A stretch of 64,000 bases of DNA, taken from contig RHPI01003753.1 in assembly GCA_009103225.1 (NCBI GenBank), positions 148,610 to 212,609 of the forward strand, written 5' to 3'. This stretch comes from Chlorokybus atmophyticus. Taxonomy: Eukaryota; Plantae; Mesostigma and Chlorokybus algae. Positions 40,056-52,700 of this stretch are shown here, one piece after another (the first letter of the stretch is position 1; each line of letters starts with the position of its first letter). The position numbers and the translations under genes were made by a program. The notes under the pieces were generated by a model that saw nothing but the letters and a program-made list of their open reading frames with translations, searched no databases and was not told the DNA's origin.

Positions 40056-41004
40056 ATGGCGGCGACGGTGGTGGCGGCGTTGGGGTTGTCGTGCAGGTCG
40101 TCAGAAGATGAGTCGTCGTCAGGGCGAACTTCAGCATGGCCTGCCAGGCCTGGCCGGCCATGTCGACGGGTCGTCTGCCCGGTAAGGGCGTCAGGCAGCT
40201 CAGCAGCAGCAGCGAGTCAGCTGCCGCCACCTGACGTGAGGAAGCTAGCGAGCCTGTCCAGGCTGCATGTGAGCGAGGAAGAGGCAGAGGAGCTCGGCCC
40301 TCAGATTGCCGGCGTTGTGGCCTGGTTTGGGCAGCTTCAAGCCATTGACGTTGAAGGCGTGCCCCCGGCCACGCGTGCAGGTGAGAAGCCGAAGTGCTAG
40401 TGAGTGATTACTTCACAATGGACGTGGACATAGTTCTTTTTATATTTAGCGGTGCTTGAAGGCAGTCCGAGTCTATACAGACTACGTGGTAGATGACATA
40501 CAGCTTGCTTATCAGTAAGCATCCCACAGCCTCAGCAGCAATCGTTGGTGTACTTAGTGGTTACAAGACTCCAACTTACATCAAGCATGTGATAATGTAA
40601 GCATGCTATCTGTTACTGTGCAGGCGACGGGTATGAAGCAGAGACTGGCCCAAATGTACTTCGGGAAGATAAGCCAGTTGCGTTTGACAACAGGTGCGAT
40701 CTGCGGTGCGGTCACTTAGCACGTGCATGTATGCATGCGTTTGATTGTCGCTCACAATCGGTCAGGCAACCTTGCACAGCATGTTTCACGTGCATGCTTT
40801 TCATCTTGTAAACCTGTACCAAAGCGAGAAGCAGTGTTCCTGTGCAAGGCAATGCGCCTTGCACAATCTAGAGGATGCAGTCAAAGAAGGTGACCATCTT
40901 GACTGCTATGTCTATGTTGCGACAGGGAGGCAATGCTGTCGGCTGTTCCCGACATGGAGGGGCCTTACATACGCGTGCCGCAAATCTTAGCTACAGAAGA
41001 ATGA
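40056..41004 (+). CDS. gatC: Organellar Glu-tRNA(Gln) amidotransferase subunit C, 3 exons
   Basis: Exons 40056-40380, 40624-40693 and 40926-41004. A transit peptide is followed by PDVRKLASLSRLHVSEEEAEELGPQI..WFGQLQAIDVEGVPP, LREDKP and EAMLSAVPDMEGPYIRVPQI. Confidence 0.92.
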
Positions 41005-42167
41005 CATGGTTGCGCTTCACTTCTGCTGCCACACAGCGGTGTGACTGCCTGCGCAAGCTGTCCCACCATCACATTGTTACCGACATTGCTGAAGGTCAAT
41101 CTGAAGTTGACACGCCATTGGACTGCTTGCAACTGCAGCGCACGTCCAGTTGAGAGGCTGTGCTGACAGATGACAATGAGCACAGTGCCATGGTCATGGA
41201 GTGTGTTTCCATGATGGCTGATGTGACTGCACCTGCCAGCGCACCACCAAGGCTTGAATCCCAGCTGCTGGGTTCATATTGACTGGACGGTGCACTTTAA
41301 GTGGCTTGAGGCATGTTCAATGTCACATTACTTTGCTTGCTGTGCGTGTATAGCACAAGCTGCGAACCAGGTGGTCGTGCATCGGTTGTGTAGACGATGT
41401 TGCTTCCTTTCATTGCACTGACCAAGCACCTTTTGCTGAGAGTCTATCTCAGCAGCAGGTGTACACAAGATGCAAGAGGCAGTTCGTGTGTGCCACTCAG
41501 CTCTTCGTGCTATGCTATTGCCAAGTAGCACTCGGTTTGTGTAAGCGTCGCATGCATTCGGTGCTGACGGTGCTGTCAGACTTTATATTGCTCATCAAGA
41601 TTTAACCCACGACAGCAGGCTGGCGTGAGACGCAGCAATAGCAGCCTGTGTCCTCCATCTGCACAGCAGCGGCGCATCATGAAAGCGGGTGCAGAATAAG
41701 ATTTCATAACACACTTCGCGAACACATAGTGGCAGCAATGCAAGTTTGCATACCCACTGCGGAATTGCTACAGGCATATGCGCAAAAGTTACCAGTTAAC
41801 ACATGATGCATGCATGTGTTAACTGACGGGGTAAGGGCAGTAGCGAAGCTAGCTACCTAGGTTGTATAGGCAGCCTGGTGGTGAAATAGGTTGCTGCCAT
41901 GTTGGAGTGCTTGTGCTGGCGTATTTGCATGGCCAGTGCAATGGTGAGTCACATGCACAGCATTGCATATTTTCTACATTATACATGTGCCATACATGCG
42001 CTTCATGTACACTTTGACATTGAATCAACATGGTGGCTATGTGGTGGCCGTCACCCACTGGGTGTGAGCAAAAGTAGTGTGTCGACATGTATTGCAACAC
42101 TCTGCGTTCGCACCCCAGCCGACACTTCCTATGTACACCGTCTACGCTCACACTCCGCGGAGCAGCA

Positions 42168-44924
42168 ATGGCGGCGGCGGTGGCGGCGACGGCGTTGTGG
42201 TCGGCTTCTCCGTCGCTGCCTCAGTCGCCAGCTGCAGCGCCACCTCGCCGCCCTAACGCCGCTCCCCTCCGCATCGTGTGCGCCGACAACAACCGCGGAT
42301 TTCGCAAGCGCAGGGTGAGCAGCATGCAAGCATGCTCCTCCTTGGCCTGGGTCTGGGGTAGCCTGGCACATTGCAATGGTTGAGTGCTTTGAGCTGTAGG
42401 AAAGGGTTCGGAAGAAGCCGGAGAGGCGGGAAGAGCAAACGTTTGCCGAGGACTTTGTGGTGGCTCCACCAAGGGGCGACGAACGAGACCAAGACGACGG
42501 CGGCGGTAGTGGCGTGGGTGACGAGTTTGAGCAGCGACTGTCGGCGTTTCGCCAGTCTGTTCCGCAAGGTAACTCAACCAAAAAGCAAAATCCAAAGAAC
42601 AGCACCTATGTTTTCGTTTGCACAGTCGCATGCTGCATTGTGAACAACAGTGTTTTGTCATGTACCCGATTTGGGATTCAACCATGTCAGCCATTTACAA
42701 CAATATATGTACAACAGTTCGTCTTGTGAGGCCAGGTCTTGGACACTGCAGTTGCGCGATATAAGAGGGGGGGAAGGGGAGGCCCAGGGGAACGGGGTTG
42801 CATGCGTTTCTCATCAGTGGTCATGTTTGATGGTGTCACCTGGACGCATGGATTGGATTGGGACTGCATGCAGCTTGCGTCATGTGTGAATATTGCAATG
42901 CAGCTCGTGAGAGTTGTTAAGATTCTGAGTAATTGCTTTGATGAGTGGTGTGGTGACTGTGATTATGACTAACTTATGCACACAGTCACAGTCATGACCA
43001 CAAAGCTTGTATTCTGTGTTAGATTCGTTAGCAGCACAAGGAACACAAATAAACCTTTTTGGCCATACACAGCCACTACATCCAGGGGCCCCTCGGCGCC
43101 AACCTCAAGCCCCTTCACTGGCGGCATTAACTACGACGCTCCCGCCAACACCAACAATGATGACACCAACAAGAAGCCTTTCGGGTGGTTGTTGCCTTCC
43201 GGGGCCGCGGGTGTGGCGGCATTGTTCGTGGCCGTGTCCACGTTTGATGGCTGGGGGGGGCTGTTTGCGGGTGGGGGAGACGCGGATGTGGAATCCGCTG
43301 CGCAAGCGCAGCTCTCACAGGAACAGAAAGACTACTATACAAAGGAGATTGCTGGATTTGAAGCGCTCGTGAAGGAGGACCCCAGCAATTCCCAAGCGAT
43401 AGAGGTCAGCTCCATCACGCATGCTGTCGTTACATCCTTGTGCTGTAATTGACCAGTAAGTGTGTTCATGTGTACATGTGCAACCTGACTAGCTGTGTAC
43501 GGTGGGTAATTGCGCAGTGTACATATATGCGTGTACTCACACTGCCTGCAACCCAAATACGCACTGTAGCACACAGGCGCACATGAATGCATGCACACAC
43601 ATGCACGCGCTCGCATCTATATGTGTACACTTCTATATCAACAGCACAACGAAGTTAGGCTTGTTACTGAAACCCAAGTGTCAATGTATAAGAGGAATAG
43701 CACGACAGACCTCCCATTGAACTGAACGCATGTCCACCATTGCCTTGCATGAGGACATGACACGGAACATGTTCGCAGTCATGCCGGCAGTGTGGATGAC
43801 CGTGGTCTCCATCCTCACTGGTTTGTCTATCAAAACAGGCTTTAGCAGTCAATTTGGCCGAGTTGGGCGATTATCCTGCGGCAGCCATGCAGCTTGAGAA
43901 GTTGACGGCCGCAAAGCCCAACGACATCGACGCGCTGCGCTTACTCGGCGAGGTGGGGAATCCCAATATCGATTGCTCTGATCTCACAGTGTGATACTGC
44001 CACACTGTACCACAGAGCCCAGCAAACATTGGTGTCTTGGTTCCCAGGTGCGCATTCAGGAAGGTGAGTACCCAAAAGCTGTCACGGCTTTACGAGCCGC
44101 GCTCAAAGCAAGTGGAGGCGTTCCAAGCATTGAGGTGCTGAGGCTGCTATCAGAGGCACTCATAAGCGATGGTAAACCAGGAGAGGTGCGTGGCATTCTG
44201 CAAGGTTGTCAGTTGCATGACTTGTCCATGCTACTGTGGCACTGTTGGGTTGGATGCGCAACATGCAAAAGAGTGTCACTCTCATCTACATGCCATTGTT
44301 ATCGGGACAGGCTGTTGACGTGTTGGAGGGTGTAAGGATAGCGCTCAGCAGTGCAAAGGCTGCATCAGACGCGCCACCCAACACACCTGATCCCGTGCAG
44401 GTATATGATGCATGTATTAGCAAGGAAGCGTCTGCAATGGTTATGTTGGGTTATGAAAACATATGATGGTCATACAAAGTCTAATACGTGTAAGCTGTGC
44501 TATGTACACTTATGGCACAGCATGGTATTATGTGCACTACTTTGTGATCCTATAAGCACGCATGCGCGCACATATGCACGCACAGTTGCATGCTGTTGCT
44601 ATGCATTCGTAGATATACGTGTACACACTTTGTGCTTTCAATTTCTGTTAATGCACATATGGCTTCCAACAGGTGAGTCTGCTACTTGGCAAGGCGTACG
44701 CGGCGTGGTCAAAGCCGGCGGAGGCCGCGCGCGCGTATGACGCACTCATCGACGCGAACCCAACGGACTTCCGAGGCTACCTCGCGCGCGCGGTGCTGGA
44801 GCGCCAGCAGGGCCGCAAGGGCGAGGCCGAGAAGGACTTTGTCGCCGCCCGACTACGCGCCCCCAACCCCGGCGCCAAAGCTATCGTGGACAGGGTCGCC
44901 GCCAGGAACGGGGCTGCTATCTAG
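42168..44924 (+). CDS. Plastid-targeted single-TM tetratricopeptide-repeat protein, 7 exons
   Basis: Exons 42168-42314, 42400-42568, 43073-43404, 43839-43952, 44048-44185, 44311-44400 and 44673-44924. It has a transit peptide, a hydrophobic segment (AAGVAALFVAV) and TPR helices. The C-terminus YDALIDANPTDFRGYLARAVL..GEAEKDFVAARLRAP resembles a conserved plant thylakoid TPR family (At1g78915-like, from memory). Confidence 0.8.
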
Positions 44925-45672
44925 GGGCAGCTCAGCTGCTGTCAGTTTTGAGATAGTCTGTGATAGTCAACTGGAGTTGTTAGTGGTAGCGGCGGCATGA
45001 CGGTTGTGGACATTGCCCACTTGAGAGTGGCACAAGTGGCACAAGCCAGTGTATGTAAGTGTGCTGCATGACACGCGGCTGTCCCTCGTTTTGCATACAG
45101 TTCATATTGCGCACATAATGTGATGGTTATGCCGGTGGCTTGCATTATTGATGATTGGAGCCCTTACTACCTGATGTGCACGAGACGTCTCACCTGCATG
45201 ACTTGCCTTCTGGTTTGCAGCTGTGTGTACAGTTGACGTACAAAACATCAGTGCAACGTGCTGTCCAATGTACTATTGTACTATTGTTCACAGAATATTG
45301 TGACGCACAGTCCGTGAGTAATGTGAGCTCATCTGCAGCCTGATTCCCAGCATATTCACAAGTCCTTGATTCCGGCATGGATGGCTTTTGTGTACACAAG
45401 ATGCCACGGGGATGTCATGCATGCATGTGCCTGTGTTGCTCGAGGGTCCCTGTCAGGGCTCACGGAGTGTCTGTGCCAGCATGCAATTCCTCATCATAAT
45501 CAACTGTCTCTTGAAAATACTTTCGCTCTCCCGTGCAAATGCACTGCCTTCACAGGCGCTCTGGGAGAGTGTCTGGGAGACTGACGTGGAGTTGGATGTG
45601 CAGGTGGCTGTTGTGGGTAAAGTCACGCACAGTGTCGTACATAACATCGTGCAGCCGGCGGCGGCGGCGGCG

Positions 45673-47076
45673 ATGCCTTTTGGTTCGCCAACATCACCAT
45701 TCCGCTGGGCGCCGCTGCTGTCCTGCTGCTTGCGGCTGCTGGTCAGGCCTGTGAGCGGCGGCGCCGCTGCTGTTGAGGGTAGAAGGCGGCAGCTGGGCCT
45801 GGACATACACAGCAGGAGGAGAAGGAAGAGGAGCATGGATACACAGCAAGCCACCCTGGCCATGCGCTCCTCCTCCTCCGCCCCCCTGCCAGGACCCCAC
45901 GTGCTTGGCCTGGACGATGGGCCCTGCCGCCGGGGGCAGACGGGCCCTGTGCCTGTCGTCGGCGTCGTCATGGAGGGTGCCAAGGTGGGCTACCCCTGTG
46001 TTGAGGAGACCGTTGACTTGCCTTTGGCACCCATGCAACTGCCACCCATGCAACTGATGTGCACGCCAGACGGCAATTGTGTCTACATGGGTGTTAATGT
46101 GTGCGTGTATGCGTGTATGTGTTGCATGTGCGTACGTGTTTGTGGTTGTGTGCGTGTGGTACTGATAGGACCAAGGGAATATCAATAAGAAGTTCGTACC
46201 TGGGTTGACATTGCGTGCATGCAATGCCAAAGGCCGAGCGTAAAAGATGTTTGTGGTGCTGAGGCTGTCACACATGCACACGCATATGACGCTGCGTCGT
46301 GTGTGTTGCGTACTGTACGCAGCACAAGTGGCCGGTTGCTGCTACGTTTGCTTCATGAGTATGTGTGCGTGACACAGCACAGCACATGGAGTACGTAGCT
46401 CGCACAGAGTTCCCTTTTGACGGTGCCAACGCCACAGAATTTCTATCCTCTTGGATCACGAGCCTGAGACTGTACCCTTCTCTTCAGGCAGGTTGATACA
46501 CCCTTTTGTTCAAATGTATGGTTTTAGAGAGCACTACACTCTAACAACTGAGTAACAACATGGCAGGCTGTTGTCATTGGAGGCGTGACCATTGCTGGGC
46601 TGGGCCTCATTGACATAGTGCAGGTGAGGCTGCAATCAGTGTTGTACATTACAAGGTTGGGAAGCTGCTTAATGAGTGGTGATGCGATCTGCCCAATCTC
46701 TTGACAGCTGGCATCATCAACAAAGCTTCCCGTGCTAGCCGTATCAAGACGCGACCCGGCAAATCATCGACTGGAACCCGCGCTGATCAAAGCCGGCCTC
46801 ATTGACAGGCTGCCTATATTATCAGCATTGCCGCAGCGGTTTGAGGCTCTTCCAGGCAAGTGCGAAAAGGTCGTTGGTTGTATTGCAATTATTGAATGTG
46901 TGGATACTTGACATGTGTCTGTAGGGTTGTATTGCCAATGCGCGGGGTGTGATGAAGCCAAGGCGCGCGCTCTGCTGGCGGCGTGCACGCTCAAGTCCAA
47001 CATGCCGGAGCCTTTGCGGGCGGCGCACATGATCGCGAGCGCTTTTGTCTTGGGAGAATCGCATGGGCGAGTGTGA
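45673..47076 (+). CDS. DUF99 / COG1628 (UPF0215, Endonuclease V-related RNase H-fold) nuclease with an N-terminal transit-like extension, 5 exons
   Basis: Exons 45673(or 45835/45862)-45984, 46383-46487, 46567-46623, 46708-46855 and 46925-47076 splice in frame. The product reads HVLGLDDGP..VPVVGVVMEGAKHMEYVARTEFPFDGANAT..AVVIGGVTIAGLGLIDI..LPVLAVSRRDP..LYCQCAG..KSNMPEPLRAAHMIASAFVLGESHGRV*. This follows the DUF99 motif order GIDDG / GVVMRG / DG.DAT / G..G.N.VD / PVI.V.R..P / PEPLR.AH.IASA..GES.GR. Introns 2 and 4 are GC-AG. Confidence 0.85.
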
Positions 47077-48280
47077 CACGCCCATGTGAGGCTTTTTGTG
47101 GGTACATGTCGTCAAGAGCTCGCATTCATACACGGCACCCAAGTCAACCACTAAACCCAAGTATCGGTTGGTGTCGGTAAGCATGTATCAACATTCTAGT
47201 AGCAAGCAGGTAGATAGTTGACATGTTTTGCCGCGTGCACGTGCCATTCACAACACTAACACAATTGACACGTCAAAACAAGCATGTTGCTATGTTCTGC
47301 ACATGACCGTCATTGATACAAACAAGGGTAAGGCCCTTATTTGTTCGCTAGCTAGGTGACCTGGTCAACATGCATAGGAACTACAAATCCAACAATCAAG
47401 CCCGCGGCATGTGCGTGCGACCCAAACCGTGCAAGGCACAAACTTGCCATGGTCAATAACCACTGCAAACTCGTACGCATAGACAGAGAAGCTATACCCC
47501 CTGCCTTACATAACTACTTGCTGTCTTTCGCTGTTCTGCTTATTAGTAGCCATAGCTACTTTGTAAGATCTGAGGTGTGGAGTTGGTCGATGAGCATGTC
47601 TCACAACTCAGAGACATATGTACGACTCAAATCATTGCTGCCAACAACCGATTCAAGCGAAGCTTATGTAACAGGCCTGTACAACCACTCCCCGCAAACA
47701 GTCAACCTTATGCACATGCATTCTGCTTCATTGCCGGAGTCCACTACATGTGCCGCCAAATGCTTGCAGATAGCCTGGTGACCTGTACACATGTACACAA
47801 GTCCAAAGAACTACTGTGTGCCGAATATGAAACGACGTTGGCTTGCATGGGAAAGCGTGCATACGAGCGAGGATACTCGACAGCATAGTGATGCATGTGT
47901 ACTAGATACTCAGCTACACATGCGCGCGCGCTATGCCGCATGGGTGTACGGAAGTATTCGGAAGTAAAGAATGGATTGCAGTGCTGGGTTCATTACACCA
48001 CCGTGCAATCATGTGTACAAAAGAACATTGTCTTACATCTAGCATCAAATGCTGTAGCTGGTTTCTCAATCTGCGCGCATACACGGTAACTCCACACCAT
48101 GGTTTCGCGTATCACAATGTGTATCATTTACCATTGGAAGAATACTAACAAACTACTAACAAACTAAAATAGCACTTGACTAAAGACAGCTTCTGACAAA
48201 CTGCACTCAACTAAGGACACTTCTGCTAATTTGTACATCAATGTGGTCACAACAAACAATGGCATCTAAGCACAACCACA

Positions 48281-49908
48281 CTACGCCACGGAGGTCACAT
48301 TGGCAAAAACGGCCATGATCAGCTGCACACATAACCAGATGGATTAGGGTTGATGTCATATTGGCATCCAGCAGGCAACCCAAGGTAACCTTCAAGACCA
48401 GCATCAAGACCAACAACACATAACAATTGTTGGTGTTGGTGGCAACTGACCTGTATGATTGTACTGCGCGTGGTGTCCATAAACGGCACCAAGTCATTGA
48501 TGAAATACGCCAATCGCGTCACCGCGAGGGGCAACAACACCGCACGCGCCTTGCTGGAGGTTGTGAGTCGTTGTGTATATGCACATATGAGGAAAAGAAT
48601 ACATGTTGCAGTGTTTATTGGTACCTGAAGAAGTGCGCAACCTCAGTAAAGGCCTCATGACGCAAATTGTCTTGCTCCTCCCACGACAGACCCGCGTGCT
48701 TCTTCACAAACGCACTCACGGGCTTGCACGCGTGGAACAAAAACACTGCCATCGTGTACCCGTCCACCGCCTGTGCATGCATGGGTGCAATGAGGCACGC
48801 AACTCAGCCATGGCATGCATGGCGGAAACTTTTCTCTCACTCGGATTAACTCAACATCACTGTCCGAACGCAATTGCTAGATGCACATGTACCAATGTGC
48901 ATGTGTAAGCAGACATGCAGACATACATGTGCATACTTGTAAGAGTACACAAGTGCATGATTTGCTATGAATTCAACCATGCCTGTATGCACACGTTTCC
49001 ATAGATGCTCGTGTCCATAGTCTGTACGCCCACATGCTCGTATAATCAAAGACCACTACACGTATAGCTGTCTGCGGGCAGGTGTGTCGGTGCACGCGCG
49101 CAGGTGCATTCACAAACATCAAGTGTATGCGCCTGTGCGTGCACACGCAGTAACTCGTCCACATGCATCGATGCATATCCTCTCAAGCACATAAAAAAGG
49201 CTTTATAGTTGTACATGCATGCATAGACAAGCATTTATACAGTAATAAATGAAAAAACTCAACTTGTGGCTGCGACCATGATTACGCGGGCATGTGCATG
49301 TGGCTCGTTGAATAGTACTGTGCATGTACATTGCAGCTGTGCAGTCGCTGCTTACCCCAAGCAGTTCGGTAAGTTTCCACCAGTCGATAGCGCGGGATTT
49401 GGCGGCGACGACGAAGACGCCATGCAGAGTGCGCACTGCGTTGACGCTCGCCAGCAAGAAGAATGCCAAACCCAGCTGCCTCATGGCTTTTATCAGCGCG
49501 TTCAGCGCATCCAAGTTGCGGTCAGAAAGCTGCGAATCAAACCAGACAGCATGTCTGCATGTGTACGCATGAAAGAGTGGGCAATCCTGTGTGCTCACTG
49601 CCACATGCCTGTGCTGGGGCGTGGGTTGGGGTGTTGGGAAATCGTGAGGCGGCGGCAGAGGTGGAGGGCTTCAGAGCTTCCTCGTCGTTGTCGTCGCTAT
49701 CGTGCATGTGGGCGGGCGTGACGGCGGCGGTCTGCGCGTAGACGTGCCATGAACGCCGCCCTCGCCCTCGCCTCATGGCCTGAGCCCTGAGCACTTCTCT
49801 CCTCCTTAGCTGAGCAACAGGACCGCAGACAAACTGGGACGACAGGCTGGCAGCGACCTGGCCTGTACTAAGGAGAGCAACAGGGGCAGTAACGACGGCC
49901 GCAGCCAT
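48281..49908 (-). CDS. Putative plastid-targeted membrane protein of unknown function, 5 exons
   Basis: Exons 49908-49609, 49529-49356, 48770-48625, 48553-48451 and 48322-48281 splice in frame, with intron 1 GC-AG (gcatgt). It has a transit-like N-terminus and hydrophobic helices (LGLAFFLLASVNAV, YTMAVFLFHA, AVLLPLAVTRLAYFI). I do not recognise the family. Confidence 0.65.
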
Positions 49909-50056
49909 GCGCCCGGAGAGGAGGAATCCACCGCCAACACCGCCGCCGTCGCCCGCAGCACGTACGGCGCTCAATCACTGCTGACGTGGCAGTGATTGAA
50001 CGCAGATCGTCAATCAACAATGACCAACGGGGTCGATGTCACGACGATCAGATTTC

Positions 50057-50123
50057 TGAATTCAAGCGCCAAGCCATTCCTGTGGCGTTCAAGCCCTCAG
50101 GAATGGCTTGGCGGTTGAATTCA
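50057..50123. repeat. Inverted repeat / hairpin (9 bp + 1 mismatch + 16 bp stem, 15-nt loop)
   Basis: tgaattcaa-g-cgccaagccattcctg pairs with caggaatggcttggcg-g-ttgaattca. Confidence 0.9.
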
Positions 50124-51390
50124 AAAGTTCCTTGGTGGCTTGAACGCACAGTGTAATATATTCCTCTCGTTGTAGGGTAGAATATCAGCAGACACATTGG
50201 TGGTAATCAGGATGTCCATCATGATTACATTTATCATTGTAAACGATCCAACCATATTAATGGGTTGAGGAGTGAGATAATACACACGTCCACAGTGTTC
50301 AATTGCAAGTCTTTCGTAGATTATGTCACATATTAATACTATCTCGAAACACTTATGTATGGTCATATAGTGAGGTGCGTCATGCACCGTGCATGCATAT
50401 AAGAAAACAACACTTATAACAAGCTCTTGCTATTTGTCACAGTGTGTCATCATTGAGAAAGGCTTTTACTTAGACTACATAATCACAGTGACAAGAAGGC
50501 AACTTTCAACTGCAAGTTGAGTGATTGGGGTGGGAATGTACAATGCGTTATGTGTGCAGGTCATTCCATCGGACATGTCATAAGTAATGGTCGTCAACTT
50601 GCATGCGCCATGATACAATTGCAATGCAACATCGTCCTATATGCGACATACATGCTTGTAATATAAATAGTCCAGACACGATAGCTTAGACATTGAGGGA
50701 CACTTGCAAGAAGATATGATGCACATTAACAATTGTAATCTCGTGTTGGCTGCCAATTGTTGAATAATTCAAGATGCTGCAATGGCAGTGGCGTCAACAT
50801 TTGGTGGACACACACTGGCGCGCTTCGCTTGATGCCTTGCATAAGCATAACTGATGCAAGTATGGTAAACTTAATGCCAATGTGTATGCGATTGCTTGCA
50901 AGTGACCGTCATGTGCTATGTCTGCTTGTAGCTTAGGCCTCGTTATTTCTCCTACGCAACAAACCATTAGCAGCGCAATGCCAATGAATGCTCTTGATCT
51001 TGTAGTGTCACGTGTTACATGCTGTGGACTTTGGGCATGAATTGATGCAATCCTCTCCGCAGTAAACCTATTGGACGCAGTTGAGAACACGGACATAAGC
51101 AAGGATGGTGGCATTGCTAGATCCCCTTCAATATAGCACCGGAACGCCAGTGCTATCTGCAGCGCCGGCACCTGCGACATGTGTACCCAACTGTGCAGCA
51201 TGTACAGCAGCCCATTCATTGTGTGTTCAATCACTCGTAAAAGTGATGACATTCCCAATGATAGACTGCACTCTGCCAATTGTCTTTCCTCAACAAAATG
51301 TGACAAGCTTGCAGACAAGCAGTGCTAAGGGAGAATAGTCCAGTGAATTGCGTGCGGAAGTGTCATAGTATGCAACAAAGTAGTTGCATA

Positions 51391-52700
51391 TCAGATGCGA
51401 CTGAACTTGGGCGACTGCTCGCGCAAGTAATAGAGCTTCGCACGGCGCACTTTCCGTCTTTCTAGTATGTTAATGGAAAGCACGTGCGGAGAGTATCTGC
51501 ACACAATTGTGCCGATTAGTGGCATACTTAGGAACAGTATACAATTATTGGACAACAACAGACTGGCAAGTTATGCCAAAACTTACAAAGGGAGCGTGCG
51601 CTCAATAGGGAAACCTCCAACAATGTTCCTGATGGTGAATGATGTAGCCAGGCCTTTGTTCATACGAGCAATGCAGATGCCTTTCACAGTGTACTCTCGT
51701 CGTCTATTTTCTGGCACAATCTGCATGCAGCAACTCATGAGTGGACAGCAACGGAAGTGGCAGACTGGCTGGCTCAAGCCTTCAACATAAGAACTTGATG
51801 AGAAACAAACAAGCAACGATATCACATCATGCGCCTCTACAAGTGCCTTCCAGTCAATTTCATGCCAAACGCACAGGGTGCTTGCAGGGGACAACCACTT
51901 ACTATTCTGACTTCTAAGACGTCGCCTGCCTTGAAGTCAGGGTACTGCCGCTGCGCTTGCGATCGCCCCACCCACTCATTATGCAGAGTCTGCACGACGC
52001 AGTGATGATATGACTACTGATCACAACGTACAGCATGCAACGAGCAGTGGAATGCACGCTTACGTTCATAAGATGCTTCACCCTCTTGGTCATCCTCTTG
52101 CCTTTGCCATTGGTTGCCAGTGCAGAAAAAGCCGGGGTCCAGTTTTCTGAAACAAGTATCTTATGCGTAAGAGATAAGTTATGGCAAACACGAATCCACA
52201 TGCCAATGTGTCAGCGACAACACGCTTCACATGCATCTTGCACACTTCTTTTCTCAGATCGCATGTCGCCTAAATGCCAGACATATAGTTTGAGAGTCAA
52301 ACTGTAAGTGATTGCGCAGACAATTTGTTGATTAGCATGCAAAACAGTGCGGCAAAAATGCACGCTTACGTACTCATTGTAATGCCAACTGCCTTTGCGC
52401 AATAACTCGGTGCAAAGCCAAGCCCATCACTCCCTGCGTTGCAAGCAAACCTGAGAGGGGGCTGCTAGACGCCTGTGGCGCGGCAGAAGTGGCCGGCGAC
52501 GAGGTGTCGGCGGCGGCGGGCGTGGGGGAGGACGAAGATGATGATGAGGTGGCTGCGCAGCGCCACGACCAGCCCGCCGCAGCTACGGCCTGCGGCAAGC
52601 AGCCTCTGAACGCAATGCTCTCAGCCAGAGCTTGCCCCTGAGGCCTCCCCGGCACCCCGGCCGCCGCGCAGCGCCATGCAGCGCTCGCCACGCGGAGCAT
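51391..52700 (-). CDS. RPL19: Mitochondrial ribosomal protein bL19, 5 exons
   Basis: Exons 52700-52451, 52146-52064, 51989-51903, 51720-51586 and 51496-51391. An Arg/Ala/Ser presequence precedes PDFKAGDVLEVRIIVPENRRR..KGICIARMNKGLATSFTIRNIVGGFPIERTLPLYSPHV..RRKVRRAKLYYLRE. Confidence 0.93.
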
